Virus record (IMG/VR): IMGVR_UViG_3300031998_000005
Strand: one strand, 5' to 3'
DNA from: a virus
Lineage: Duplodnaviria > Caudoviricetes
Length of the DNA: 64,000 nt
This document shows positions 18,501 to 28,368 of this stretch, one piece after another. The notes beneath the pieces are model-generated. The model had not been told where the DNA came from. It ran no database searches and saw only the letters and a list, made by a program, of their open reading frames with translations. The position numbers and the translations under genes were made by a program. Each line of letters starts with the position of its first letter. Position 1 is the first letter of the stretch.

Positions 18501-18529
18501 AATATAACAAAATACCTAGCCGTTGTCAA
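18501..18529 (-). promoter_or_regulatory. early promoter TTGACA-N17-TATATT with a perfect AAAATACCTA-N11-TAGGTATTTT dyad
   Basis: aatata 18501-18506, tgtcaa 18524-18529. Confidence 0.85.
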
Positions 18530-18760
18530 TAGGTATTTTAATTTTAACCTTCTCCCGATGCTCCCGATAGACACGGGCTGCGTAGCCCGCACGGAAACCA
18601 AGAGCGAAAAACAGGCAAAACATAATACACCAGGCGAAATTAGGGAGTTCCATCTATATCCGTAAAAATGGGGGGTTTAAGTGGCAAATATGCAGTTTTT
18701 CTGCATATCTTGGGGTTATTTTGGCAAAAATCGGGTGTTTAGCACAAAAATAGGTGGCTT

Positions 18761-19129
18761 TTAACCCGCATTGTCAAACAGCGACAGAAAGTCAATGACC
18801 ACACGCTGTTCGGCTGTTTCTTTAAGAAAGACAGTTTCAAGTTCAAACTCGTGGTAATCCCTTGCAAGGTATTTCGTAAACACAAAGCCGTTCTCCAAGA
18901 GATACACAGCGTCTTCCTTGCTATACCAATGGAGCAAGTCATCTACCTTGGAGCAGGACGAAAACCAATTCTTGCCGTCAATGTGATAGCGGGAGTCATA
19001 TCCCATCGGCAAGTTCTTCGCCTCACCCTTGCACCCGCTACACCCCCAAACATATTCGTTCTTGGTGTTATACCACAAGCCGTTATTCTCGTCCACGGCT
19101 TCAAGACGATATAGCCATTTCGGTTCCAT
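18761..19129 (-). CDS. hypothetical phage protein
   Basis: 122 aa ORF, AGGAG SD. Confidence 0.65.
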   Translation of the reverse strand: MEPKWLYRLEAVDENNGLWYNTKNEYVWGCSGCKGEAKNLPMGYDSRYHIDGKNWFSSCSKVDDLLHWYSKEDAVYLLENGFVFTKYLARDYHEFELETVFLKETAEQRVVIDFLSLFDNAG

Positions 19130-19295
19130 AAGGTATTCTCCTATTTGTTATTTCCAAAAAGAACTCGGTATAAATGTTTCTCGGTTTCCGTAAAGGGTCT
19201 GCCATACTTTGACGGGAACGGGTCGCCCCCATCCACGGGAACAGGTTTTCCCGTAGCCTGCATAGCAAAGACCCTCTTTTCCATTTCGCTGAAAC

Positions 19296-19565
19296 TCACG
19301 ACAGGGACTCCTGGAACTTGCGGATGTCTTCAATCGGTTGCGTGGAGTATTCGGCAAGCACCTTGGCGAACCACTCCGTCTTGCGACCTGTGCCATTAGA
19401 CAGGTAGTCATTCAGCAGGGCAGTGACCTGTTCCCCACGAATATCCCACAGGGCTTCGGGGGCAGTGAAACTAGCGTCCACCATAACCTTGTTCAACGAT
19501 TCCTTCAAGTCCTTGTCTTCGGCAAGGTCAATAAGGTTTTTCAGCACCGTCGGAAATGCTCTCAT
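19296..19565 (-). CDS. hypothetical phage protein
   Basis: 89 aa ORF, AAGGAG SD. Confidence 0.6.
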   Translation of the reverse strand: MRAFPTVLKNLIDLAEDKDLKESLNKVMVDASFTAPEALWDIRGEQVTALLNDYLSNGTGRKTEWFAKVLAEYSTQPIEDIRKFQESLS

Positions 19566-19567
19566 TT

Positions 19568-20008
19568 TTAATTCTCCTTTTCAAAAGATAACGGGGTTTT
19601 ATTCATAGCCTTACACCATACGTTCGCACGGGCGTAATCATCAATAGCCTGCTTCTTAAAATTCGCAGTGATTAAATCCACAAGGTCATCCGATGGCTTG
19701 CAGAACTCCAAGATGTCCATAAACTTGAAGATGTTATACTTGACATTGAAACGGACACGGGTGTTCACAACCTCTGCCTTGGTCGCCTTTTCGGGAGTGA
19801 ACTCGGTCACTTCAATCACAACATCGCTAGTAGCGTCCACGAAATCCCAATCTTCATAGCCATTGGAGTGAACACCCTTTTCCACGGAAAGCACCCGCAG
19901 ATAGACGGAACGGACATACTTACCTTCCACGATGTTCCCGTCTGTTTCTTGATACCGAACGAATTTCTTTCCATCGTTCAAGGCATCTTTAAGCATTTCA
20001 AATTTCAT
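19568..20008 (-). CDS. hypothetical phage protein
   Basis: 146 aa ORF, GGAG SD. Confidence 0.65.
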   Translation of the reverse strand: MKFEMLKDALNDGKKFVRYQETDGNIVEGKYVRSVYLRVLSVEKGVHSNGYEDWDFVDATSDVVIEVTEFTPEKATKAEVVNTRVRFNVKYNIFKFMDILEFCKPSDDLVDLITANFKKQAIDDYARANVWCKAMNKTPLSFEKEN

Positions 20009-20022
20009 AGGTCAATGCTCCA

Positions 20023-20502
20023 TTAAAACTTGTTAAGCATTTCAATTTCTTTCAAGGATTCATCATCATACCCAAAGATTTCGGGATTGTGGGCATCCTT
20101 GTAAAACTGCTCCCACACCTTACGGGTCACATCAAGAACACCATCGTCAAGCATAGTGCCGAACCCAAACCACTCCCAATACTTTGTGCGGGCATAATAG
20201 AGCGGTTCTTCGTTAGGAACTAACTCATTGGTTTCTTCGTCAAAGAGTTCGCAGCAGGCGACATAATCCGTTTCGGGATTGAACACCCAATCTATCTCTT
20301 TCACTGCCTCCTGCCAACTATCAAAGATTTCCTTGTAGTTCGGGTCAGTAGAGAGTTTCTTGAACGGGATTACTTCCTTGCACTTGACCAAGAAGTGACG
20401 CATAAGCGTAATCTTGCCATCGTCAAACACGTGGTAGATTGTTCCCACCACAGGGATATTCTTGGCTTCCATACCTTCGGTTTCTTTTTCAATATCAGTC
20501 AT
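20023..20502 (-). CDS. hypothetical phage protein
   Basis: 159 aa ORF, GAGGA SD. Confidence 0.65.
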   Translation of the reverse strand: MTDIEKETEGMEAKNIPVVGTIYHVFDDGKITLMRHFLVKCKEVIPFKKLSTDPNYKEIFDSWQEAVKEIDWVFNPETDYVACCELFDEETNELVPNEEPLYYARTKYWEWFGFGTMLDDGVLDVTRKVWEQFYKDAHNPEIFGYDDESLKEIEMLNKF

Positions 20503-20510
20503 AAAGTCCT

Positions 20511-20774
20511 CTACTTTGTTCTGTCATAAATAAAATAAGCAATCACGATACACACAACAAGACGCATCGTCCACACTATGCCACGTAAAAGCAAATCCCC
20601 CAATGTATAGTTTTCCTTATCGGTTCTTACAATATAACGAGGATTTCGGGACTTACTTAATTTATCGGAACTAGCCGTCTTAAAAATCTTGCAGTTCCTA
20701 CCCTGCTCACAATCTTTCTGGCGAGGGCAAATCCTACAAGAACCATAGAATCCATATCCATTAGGGAATGCCAT
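20511..20774 (-). CDS. small Cys-rich membrane protein
   Basis: CRICPRQKDC...C plus a C-terminal TM segment. Confidence 0.55.
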   Translation of the reverse strand: MAFPNGYGFYGSCRICPRQKDCEQGRNCKIFKTASSDKLSKSRNPRYIVRTDKENYTLGDLLLRGIVWTMRLVVCIVIAYFIYDRTK

Positions 20775-20777
20775 AAT

Positions 20778-21038
20778 CTATTTCCTTTTAATCGTCACAG
20801 CGAACTTGTAAAGCGGTTCATCAATCGGGGCAATTTCAACCTTTGCCCAAGAATAGGCTTCCAATGCGGACTTGGCATACGCCATCGCAAAGTCAAGCGA
20901 AGCCATCTTCTTGGTAATCGGGCGGGTAGCCTTTTCGCCATCCACCTTAATCGTGGTGTTCTCTTTAACCCGAAACCATAACGGTCCAACCTTATCCAAC
21001 GGCACATCCTTGAACTTATGAAATCCTGCGGAACTCAT
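20778..21038 (-). CDS. hypothetical phage protein
   Basis: 86 aa ORF, AAGGAG SD. Confidence 0.6.
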   Translation of the reverse strand: MSSAGFHKFKDVPLDKVGPLWFRVKENTTIKVDGEKATRPITKKMASLDFAMAYAKSALEAYSWAKVEIAPIDEPLYKFAVTIKRK

Positions 21039-21050
21039 ACGGCACTCTCC

Positions 21051-21296
21051 TTAATGGGCATACCCAAGTTCAAGGGTCGTATCTTCCACGACCTCGTATT
21101 CAGCGACTTCTGCCTGTTCAAGTTTTTCCTTGGCAGTCTTCGGTTCTTCTTCCTGCGGTTCGTCATCGTCAAAGATAGACCACCAATTTCTAAAAGACGG
21201 GGGGTCTTCCTTGAAGTATTCAAAGTGCATATCATCGCCCCAACGGGATTTCCAATCGTATGTTCTTTCGGTTTCTTCCATAATCTTAATCTCCAA
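21051..21296 (-). CDS. acidic hypothetical protein
   Basis: 81 aa ORF in the array. Confidence 0.55.
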   Translation of the reverse strand: MEIKIMEETERTYDWKSRWGDDMHFEYFKEDPPSFRNWWSIFDDDEPQEEEPKTAKEKLEQAEVAEYEVVEDTTLELGYAH

Positions 21297-21474
21297 ACAC
21301 TTCGCCCCACTCGGCTTTTTCCATTTTAGCCTGGACAGACTTGCCGAGAGCCTTATCTTCTACATAGTTAATATGCTTGCACTTGGAATAAAACTCCAAC
21401 TTTTCCATAACTCGGTTCTTGAGCCAACGGAACTCGTCAAGGTTCAATTCAAGAGTAATAATCCTATCAGCCAT
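21286..21474 (-). CDS. small hypothetical protein
   Basis: 62 aa ORF coupled to its neighbours. Confidence 0.55.
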   Translation of the reverse strand: MADRIITLELNLDEFRWLKNRVMEKLEFYSKCKHINYVEDKALGKSVQAKMEKAEWGEVFGD

Positions 21475-22072
21475 TAGACACCCTCTTACCTTCCATTAAA
21501 GGGACAATAATCTTGTTAAGGACATCCATATTGTTCTGGAAAGACTGCATCTGTAAATCCTGCACCTTGGCAATAAACTTATCCCACAGGGCATCCATAT
21601 CCGATTCGTGGGCTGCTTTTAATTTCGCAAGGAACTTACGAACATCGGATGCCATAAACCAACAATCTTCTTCAAGGGAGTATTCATCGGGAAGTTCTTT
21701 CAGTGCCTGTTCAAAGTTGCTATCCTTTTGATATTTCTTCATCGTAGGACTCTCTGTAAATATCAAATCATTTCCATCCATATAAAAGCCCGTAATTTCA
21801 CGGAGCGTAGTCTTTCCGTGTTTGTTGTAGGTCATAATCATTACGGAATACGAGCCACACTGCGGGTCATCCCATTCGTCAAGTTCCAACATAGAACACA
21901 AGTGATGTCGGAGCATTGGGGTTTCATCTTCACGATTTTCGTCAAAACGAAATATGCCATCCCTGCTACAAGCACTACCAAAATTATGGAACTTGCCATT
22001 AGCATCAAGGAACTTGACGTTCCCAGGAATATAGCCCGTCCACGCTACATTACACATTGTTTTTCGGTTCAT
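21467..22072 (-). CDS. hypothetical early protein
   Basis: First gene after the promoter at 22104-22132. Confidence 0.7.
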   Translation of the reverse strand: MNRKTMCNVAWTGYIPGNVKFLDANGKFHNFGSACSRDGIFRFDENREDETPMLRHHLCSMLELDEWDDPQCGSYSVMIMTYNKHGKTTLREITGFYMDGNDLIFTESPTMKKYQKDSNFEQALKELPDEYSLEEDCWFMASDVRKFLAKLKAAHESDMDALWDKFIAKVQDLQMQSFQNNMDVLNKIIVPLMEGKRVSNG

Positions 22073-22103
22073 ATCTGTCCTCGGTTAAATGGTTGTCCAC
22101 TAA

Positions 22104-22132
22104 AATATAACTAAATACCAAGTCAGTGTCAA
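22104..22132 (-). promoter_or_regulatory. early promoter TTGACA-N17-TATATT
   Basis: aatata 22104-22109, tgtcaa 22127-22132. Confidence 0.85.
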
Positions 22133-22171
22133 TAGGTAAAATGAAAATAATTGAACTTTTTTTCGTTATAC

Positions 22172-22201
22172 AAAAAGTCCTGTGGCTTGCACCACAGGAC
22201 T
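22172..22201 (-). terminator. intrinsic terminator ending cassette 3
   Basis: AGTCCTGTGG/CCACAGGACT stem plus U-tract. Confidence 0.8.
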
Positions 22202-22226
22202 ACTCTTGAGGTATCAAATGAAAATC

Positions 22227-23054
22227 CTAGCCAAGCGACTTTTCCAAGTCGGCAAGCACCTTCGCAGCCTTGCCCATATCTATGTAGTCATCGCCAACAA
22301 CAGCCGAACGTTTCTGCACAAGTTTATTAACGATGTTTGAAATAGAAGCGGATGTCTTGCTCGTAGAGTCGTGGTCAATCATAACGCTAAATGCGTCACC
22401 ATTATACATACGAGGACGGAACTCCACCTTTGCAGACATCTTCACGGCATTACGGATGACATCTTCAAGTTCATCTATAAATACTCCAAGGTCATCGTCA
22501 AACTTATGCTGTTTCGGAGAAACCGACCTTTCCCTATCTACGGACTTCTTCAAATTATCCACAGGCTCACGGATGTCATCGCTAATGTAATCGTTAAAGT
22601 CCTTCTGCCATTCGGGACACTTCTCAAATGCCTGTTTAATAAGATACAGAACTCGTCCGCAGAACGGCTCAACCTCACCAACCGAACGACCCAACTTTAC
22701 CTGGTCGGGGTTAATATCGGCATACTTACAAAGAACATCTACGAACTCCTGTGCCTTCTTCTTATCCTTGAACCAAAACTTGTATTGTTCCTTTCCTGTG
22801 CCATCGGACCATTCCACACCATACTTACCAACAATATAAGGCACGATAAATTTCTTGAACTTCCAAGAGTGGTCGTTATTCTTGTTGTAGTTCAAGATGT
22901 CCTGTGCCTTGCCATAACGACCTCTATTGTCATTATACGGGTCACGGGCTGCGACAGCATTGTAGTTCACAACATCGTCAATACCTTCGGCACGGCTACC
23001 ACGCCTGCAAAGACTTTCAATCTTCTTCTGCATTGAACAACGAAACTTGGTCAT
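22227..23054 (-). CDS. putative internal head (cargo) protein
   Basis: Leader MTKFRCSMQKKIESL; has its own -35-less TATATT at 23097-23102 and its own terminator. Confidence 0.6.
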   Translation of the reverse strand: MTKFRCSMQKKIESLCRRGSRAEGIDDVVNYNAVAARDPYNDNRGRYGKAQDILNYNKNNDHSWKFKKFIVPYIVGKYGVEWSDGTGKEQYKFWFKDKKKAQEFVDVLCKYADINPDQVKLGRSVGEVEPFCGRVLYLIKQAFEKCPEWQKDFNDYISDDIREPVDNLKKSVDRERSVSPKQHKFDDDLGVFIDELEDVIRNAVKMSAKVEFRPRMYNGDAFSVMIDHDSTSKTSASISNIVNKLVQKRSAVVGDDYIDMGKAAKVLADLEKSLG

Positions 23055-23116
23055 AACGATTTCCTTTCTAAAAAGTTTGGAACAGGATTTGAACTAAATA
23101 TACTAAAATGTCGGAA

Positions 23117-23449
23117 CTACCAACCTTTCGCCTTCTCGGTAATAGTCGCATAATCCCACTTACGCCACCAAGACGGCTCTCCGCACTTACAAATGGGCTT
23201 ACCATCACACCACCCATAGACATCAATAGTCACCATAAAGGCTCGGTAGGTAGCCTTTGCCCGTTCGTTCGGGGTCATCTGCGACATAACGTCCTTGCAG
23301 GCTCTCATAGGTGTGCCATCCCTAAAAGGATTGACAGCCGTGTATTTCTTCGTAAAGAACAGGAACTTACGCACCGTCGCCTGTATGCCGTAAAAGCGGT
23401 TCGTTCCCGATTCAAGTTCCATTTCGTCTGTGATAATCTTCGGATTCAT
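23117..23449 (-). CDS. hypothetical phage protein
   Basis: Start moved to MNPKII after an AAGGAG SD. Confidence 0.6.
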   Translation of the reverse strand: MNPKIITDEMELESGTNRFYGIQATVRKFLFFTKKYTAVNPFRDGTPMRACKDVMSQMTPNERAKATYRAFMVTIDVYGWCDGKPICKCGEPSWWRKWDYATITEKAKGW

Positions 23450-23465
23450 AATATCTCCTTTCGGT

Positions 23466-23729
23466 TTAGTGGTTGAAAATCTTTTCCAATTCGTCACGGG
23501 TCACACGGATATAGCGTTCCGTGCGGGAATCCCTGTGCGGATAGTAGCCGACCGACAGGGTGTTCCGGGTCGGGTCGTAGTCGTTCACTTCGGGGATAAT
23601 CTGCGAGATAACAGGGCAATCCACGGACATAGAGTCGTGGTCGTAGATGACCTTCTGCAACATCATACAGACTTGATTGTAGCGTTCCACGACAGCGATA
23701 GCGTCATCAGCGGGTGTATTCTTTGCCAT
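23466..23729 (-). CDS. hypothetical phage protein
   Basis: 87 aa ORF in the array. Confidence 0.6.
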   Translation of the reverse strand: MAKNTPADDAIAVVERYNQVCMMLQKVIYDHDSMSVDCPVISQIIPEVNDYDPTRNTLSVGYYPHRDSRTERYIRVTRDELEKIFNH

Positions 23730-24174
23730 CGGCTTCCCCCTGCTTTCTCAAATTTTCAAGCATACTGCGAACATCGTCTTCCTTGAACATAAAGCCAAGA
23801 GAGCCGTCAATCAGTTCGTGCATAAAGTTCAATCGGTTTTCTTCGCTTACCTTATTCAAGTAGCGTTGGACATCCCCACGGGGGTCAGCCATCACGATTA
23901 AACGGTCCAACATCGCACGGGCGTTTTCCGCAACTTGCAGAAACGCACCGCTCCGCTTGATACGTTCGTGAATTTCTCGGTCAGCCTGCATAGCAAGGGC
24001 TGTCTTCATTTTCTCAACTACGTGTGCATTGGCTTTACGCAGTTCCGCAATTTCCTGTTCGTGGGCTTCTTTCAGCGATGCCACGAGAGCGTCCACGTCC
24101 GATACCTTGTTCCATTTCTCACGGGAGAAATTGTAGGCAGTCGGGCGATTGTTCAATGCCTGTTCAAAAGTCAT
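23707..24174 (-). CDS. coiled-coil hypothetical protein
   Basis: Start moved to MTFEQAL after CCGAGGA. Confidence 0.6.
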   Translation of the reverse strand: MTFEQALNNRPTAYNFSREKWNKVSDVDALVASLKEAHEQEIAELRKANAHVVEKMKTALAMQADREIHERIKRSGAFLQVAENARAMLDRLIVMADPRGDVQRYLNKVSEENRLNFMHELIDGSLGFMFKEDDVRSMLENLRKQGEADGKEYTR

Positions 24175-24175
24175 A

Positions 24176-24625
24176 TCAGTTCCTCGGTTCGGGATGTTCA
24201 ACAAGTTTAAGGTATTCAGCAATCTTGGCTTCGTCCACGGGGTCAAGGCTAAACCCTTCCACAAAGCATCCCCCGCAGTTGATGTAAAAGGACCGGCACA
24301 TAGAGTAGCGGGCGTTCTCCACCACGGGTGTCTTGTCAGCGGACACATACAGGGTCTGCGAAGACAACGCCACCACGCTATCCCCGCTACCCTTCTCAAA
24401 CGAGATAACGAAATGGTAAATTTCCTTACTGCTGTAAGGGGCAATCTCCCGCATCCACTTGCGGGTAAAATTCGCAGACAGGTATTCCAAAAGGTTGTCC
24501 TTGAAAGTATCAAGGATAGCGACCTTTTCGTTGGTCGCATCCTCAATCTGTTTCTCGGATTCCTTGATGATAAGGGTCTGCTTGTCGTAGCACTCTTTAA
24601 GGTGCGTCAAGGTTTCGTTAATCAT
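24176..24625 (-). CDS. hypothetical phage protein
   Basis: 149 aa ORF, GGAG SD. Confidence 0.65.
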   Translation of the reverse strand: MINETLTHLKECYDKQTLIIKESEKQIEDATNEKVAILDTFKDNLLEYLSANFTRKWMREIAPYSSKEIYHFVISFEKGSGDSVVALSSQTLYVSADKTPVVENARYSMCRSFYINCGGCFVEGFSLDPVDEAKIAEYLKLVEHPEPRN

Positions 24626-24637
24626 ATTGTTTCTCCA

Positions 24638-24937
24638 TTAGTGGTTAGCCCACTTGTCAAGGAAAGCGTCAATGTCATCTTCGGTTTCAATCTTATCGGC
24701 AATCACACGCCAAATGCACACGCCATCCCACCCGTTCTGCACTCCATATTCCAGGGTGCGGATATGGGCGAGTCCTTCTGCGGAATAAATGTCGGGAGCA
24801 ACTACCACGTCAATGTGGTCTTCTTCCACCCTTTTCCAATCGGGGGTAGAGATTTCCTTCTGCAACTGCGGGTCCCAATAGGAATTACCCCTAGAAAGAA
24901 TGATAGCGGTCTTGAATACATAGGTGTTCCAATTCAT
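24638..24937 (-). CDS. hypothetical phage protein
   Basis: 99 aa ORF in the array. Confidence 0.6.
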   Translation of the reverse strand: MNWNTYVFKTAIILSRGNSYWDPQLQKEISTPDWKRVEEDHIDVVVAPDIYSAEGLAHIRTLEYGVQNGWDGVCIWRVIADKIETEDDIDAFLDKWANH

Positions 24938-24952
24938 TTGACTATCCCCCGA

Positions 24953-25108
24953 TTAGGCTTCCTTAATGACTTCAGCGATGGTGTCGGGAACAGCATTCCA
25001 CTTGTCAGCGTGGGCTTGTGCCTTACGCATAGACGGGAATGTTCTAGGAATGGTGGTGCTTTTGTTCGTGCTTTTGCAACGAATCTTGACGAAGTATTTT
25101 GTAGCCAT
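24953..25108 (-). CDS. small early protein
   Basis: Start MATKYF after the AACCGAGGA leader. Confidence 0.6.
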   Translation of the reverse strand: MATKYFVKIRCKSTNKSTTIPRTFPSMRKAQAHADKWNAVPDTIAEVIKEA

Positions 25109-25149
25109 TGTCATATCCTCGGTTATGGTGGTTGGTTGTCTATACCACA

Positions 25150-25178
25150 AATATAACAAAATACCAACCTGTTGTCAA
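25150..25178 (-). promoter_or_regulatory. early promoter TTGACA-N17-TATATT
   Basis: aatata 25150-25155, tgtcaa 25173-25178. Confidence 0.85.
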
Positions 25179-25216
25179 TAGGTGTTGTTAAAATTTTTAA
25201 CTTTTTTTTGAAGCAC

Positions 25217-26248
25217 CTAGACGATGTAATCCACGGGGGTTGTTCCGTTCACTGCACCCTTACGCCTGTAAGCATAGTGAGCCTTGACTAGAACCGCCTT
25301 GCCGTGCATACGAGCATAATGGGCACGGACGAACCAACTAGCCACGTTAAAGTTCTTCTGCTCACGGACGCACTGCGAGGCACTCTCGTATTTCTTCCAA
25401 TTCTCGTCAGTGATGTGGATATAGCGGTAGGCTACCGAATGCTTTAAGGGTTTCTTTCCCGCCAGGATTACGGGCTTGTCGGATGCGTGGCGGGCGTAGT
25501 CGGGTTCGGAACAAATCTCGCAAGTGTGGAGCGTTTCAGCAATCCACAAGTTCGCCAACAAAGCCTCCACATCAAATAGGTTTCCAGTTTCCCAATTATC
25601 GTAATTCTCGTCATACTCCACAGTAGCCCCTTTCAGTTCCCTATCACGCAGATTGGGATGGATAGGGATATTAAAGTATTCGTTCTCCCCAATCTTGGGC
25701 TTACGCCTGTGCAGGATAAGGCACATTTCCGTGGACGCAATCAAGTAGATATATTCCGTATGTCCGTTGATGGGGAGTTCAAGCAGTTCTTCATAAAAGT
25801 TCCCCGCTATGTCATCCAGGATTATTTCTTCGGGGCTATTCAATGCGGACTGATACAGATGTTCCCTGTAATCCATACGGATGTCCTTGGTCGGCTGTCC
25901 AAGCGAAAGCAGGAAACGGGTCGCCCGTTCGGACAACTTGCGGATTTTACAGGTCGGGCTAGGATAGATGTAGGAATTACACAGATGTTCGTTGATATTC
26001 GTTCCGTAAGGACCGTATAGCGAAACAGGAGGATGACCCAACTTTTCGTGGGCTGCGATAGTCAAGGGCAGGACTTTAAGCCTACGCTTGCGATTAAGGT
26101 CAGCCTTGTCCATACACTGCTCACGCAGGGCGTTCGTCACGCTCTCGGTGCAACACAGGTCAAGCAGTTCCTTTGCCATTTCGTTGCACCCGAAGATGAT
26201 GGGGTTCACGGCATCTTCAACTTTCTTCGGCTTGTTCTTCTTGGACAT
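25217..26248 (-). CDS. hypothetical phage protein with basic C-terminal VRAHY/VKAHY motifs
   Basis: Start moved to MSKKNK; WFVRAHYARMHGKAVLVKAHY. Confidence 0.65.
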   Translation of the reverse strand: MSKKNKPKKVEDAVNPIIFGCNEMAKELLDLCCTESVTNALREQCMDKADLNRKRRLKVLPLTIAAHEKLGHPPVSLYGPYGTNINEHLCNSYIYPSPTCKIRKLSERATRFLLSLGQPTKDIRMDYREHLYQSALNSPEEIILDDIAGNFYEELLELPINGHTEYIYLIASTEMCLILHRRKPKIGENEYFNIPIHPNLRDRELKGATVEYDENYDNWETGNLFDVEALLANLWIAETLHTCEICSEPDYARHASDKPVILAGKKPLKHSVAYRYIHITDENWKKYESASQCVREQKNFNVASWFVRAHYARMHGKAVLVKAHYAYRRKGAVNGTTPVDYIV

Positions 26249-26259
26249 ACGACCCTCGG

Positions 26260-26709
26260 CTAGAAATACAGACGAACAGAACAAGAGGTCTTGGTGGTTT
26301 TCAGTTCCGTCCGAACATTACCCACGGATTCGGCAAAAGCCTTGAAAGCATTACTGCCAACAATCTGCTTATACTTGCAGTCGGCTTCGTTATGCTTGTC
26401 GCCATAAGTTCCCTTACGGGCGATAAGGACATTTACTGCGTGTTCAAGTTTCTTGTATTTCCGTTCAGCAATATCCCTGCGGACAAATTCCTTGTCCCTA
26501 GCAACGATAAGACCCGTCATAACTTGGTCAAGGTTCTTAATCTCACAATCGTAGGGATAATCGGGCAGGCTCACAAGTTTAATCGTGATGGCTCTCTTGG
26601 AGAGTTGGCGAGTAGCAATCGGGAAATTCCTTGTAGATACAAGCCCTTTCTTCACGATGGCTTTCTTGAATTGGACGAGCAGGGGTTTGATTTCGGTCAG
26701 TTCTACCAT
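26260..26709 (-). CDS. hypothetical early protein
   Basis: First gene after the promoter at 26748-26776. Confidence 0.65.
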   Translation of the reverse strand: MVELTEIKPLLVQFKKAIVKKGLVSTRNFPIATRQLSKRAITIKLVSLPDYPYDCEIKNLDQVMTGLIVARDKEFVRRDIAERKYKKLEHAVNVLIARKGTYGDKHNEADCKYKQIVGSNAFKAFAESVGNVRTELKTTKTSCSVRLYF

Positions 26710-26747
26710 TGGGTTATCCTCGGTTGAAAGTGGTTATCCTTAACCCA

Positions 26748-26776
26748 AATATAACAAAATACCGAACACCTGTCAA
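26748..26776 (-). promoter_or_regulatory. early promoter TTGACA-N17-TATATT
   Basis: aatata 26748-26753, tgtcaa 26771-26776. Confidence 0.85.
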
Positions 26777-26807
26777 TACATATTTTTAATTTTTTTTTGA
26801 AAAAGTT

Positions 26808-27098
26808 TTAGACCCCGCAAATATGTTGCAAGGTAGTCAGCACCGATGACACCCGTTTAGGGTCATCCCGCCTATACAGCACCCCGTCATCGGGGAGCAG
26901 GGAAGGGCTAAATATCGCCTCTATATCCGCTACGTCCACCTTGGTAGTGCCGACAATCAAGGTATGCTTGAACGGGCTACCTGGGGGGTTCATACCATAC
27001 TTGTTAGAGTGGTATTCGCTTTTCAGTTCCACGAACTCGCCCGTAACATCCACGTTATAGCCGTCATCGCTCACAAAGGTAATCACACGCAGTATCAT
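26808..27098 (-). CDS. hypothetical phage protein
   Basis: Start moved to MILRVIT (ATGA overlap). Confidence 0.6.
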   Translation of the reverse strand: MILRVITFVSDDGYNVDVTGEFVELKSEYHSNKYGMNPPGSPFKHTLIVGTTKVDVADIEAIFSPSLLPDDGVLYRRDDPKRVSSVLTTLQHICGV

Positions 27099-27640
27099 TC
27101 CAATATCCCCTGTTTCGTATCTCGCAGATAGTTGGACGCAGCCTGCACAAGTTCGCAGATTTGCAGATAGCACCAATCCACCGCCTTGCAATCCGTGACC
27201 GTCAGCCACAGGTCTTCGTGTTCAATCCCCCACCCCTTTTCGTCATTCATATCTATAACGGCATCACCCCAAGACTCAATCGTATCTCGGTCGGAACACA
27301 GGTTCTCCAAATCTTCTGCGGTCACTCCGTAATCAGCATAATCTTCAAGCAGGGTCTTTTTCAGCAAGTCTTCGTCCACGCTCCTATCCCAATAGTGGCG
27401 AGGAGCGGACTCCAACTTTTCTGCCCAATATCCTGGATTGGTATGGTTGCCACAGAAAAAGCGGTAGGGGTTCACGATGTTCCCCTTGAACACCCAACAG
27501 CCGTAATCCCCGATAACGGACACGTCCTTGTCGGTAAAACGGATATGGATAGGATAGCCCCCTCGGTTAGAGAAATTAACTTCTATATACTGCTTGCTAG
27601 GGTTGCACTCCATCGTAGATTTGATGTCAAAGTCGCTCAT
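27095..27640 (-). CDS. hypothetical phage protein
   Basis: 181 aa; IGDYGCWVF...YWAEKL motif. Confidence 0.65.
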   Translation of the reverse strand: MSDFDIKSTMECNPSKQYIEVNFSNRGGYPIHIRFTDKDVSVIGDYGCWVFKGNIVNPYRFFCGNHTNPGYWAEKLESAPRHYWDRSVDEDLLKKTLLEDYADYGVTAEDLENLCSDRDTIESWGDAVIDMNDEKGWGIEHEDLWLTVTDCKAVDWCYLQICELVQAASNYLRDTKQGILE

Positions 27641-28368
27641 TGTAATTTCCTCGCTCTATCGGGTGGAAGCATAAAGGGTTCGCCTGGAACTGACACAAAC
27701 TCGTTCAAGGCTCTGTCGCCCCGAATATCCCGCAGATTTTGATAGGCTAGTTCCGAACGCAGAAAGTTCGCCACAGCCCCCAACTTTGCCCCGTGTTCAA
27801 AGTGCTTATAGATTCCCGCATACTTGTAGAGTTCCATCAGCGGTTCAATGTCCGTTTGGAATATAATCGTGTCCTTGCCTTTGCAGGGATTAAGGTTGTA
27901 GTAAGGGTCGGTATTGATAAACAGGAAGCCGTGGTCGCCCGAAAACTGCCAACCATCTTCACTGCTGTAATCCTTACACCCATAAGGAGCATACGCAATA
28001 AGATGCTCGTCGTGGTTGAACCATCTTGAATAAGGCACGGCAAGAATAAACAGGTGGTCTTTGTTCTTCAAGCCAAAGTTCGGGATATACGGTCCAAACT
28101 CCCTCGCAAACCCACTGCACCATCCCAGGATTTCCCCAAGAATTACGGGTTGCAAGGCATAAAACCCTAGATACTTCAAGGCAGCGTCCAACCTAATCGG
28201 GAAATCCCCCCGTTCCATAGAAGTAATGTAGCCCGCCTTCTTCGGCTCGGCATAGGCACTAGGGTCTAAATTACCCGCAATCCTAATAAGACAGGCTGCG
28301 GTCTGTTCGGACATCCCCAAACCTTTAAGGATTTCAAAGTCGTGTTTCTGTTGCTTGTTCATCATCAC
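27637..28368 (-). CDS. hypothetical phage protein
   Basis: 243 aa ORF with ATGA couplings. Confidence 0.65.
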   Translation of the reverse strand: MMMNKQQKHDFEILKGLGMSEQTAACLIRIAGNLDPSAYAEPKKAGYITSMERGDFPIRLDAALKYLGFYALQPVILGEILGWCSGFAREFGPYIPNFGLKNKDHLFILAVPYSRWFNHDEHLIAYAPYGCKDYSSEDGWQFSGDHGFLFINTDPYYNLNPCKGKDTIIFQTDIEPLMELYKYAGIYKHFEHGAKLGAVANFLRSELAYQNLRDIRGDRALNEFVSVPGEPFMLPPDRARKLQ

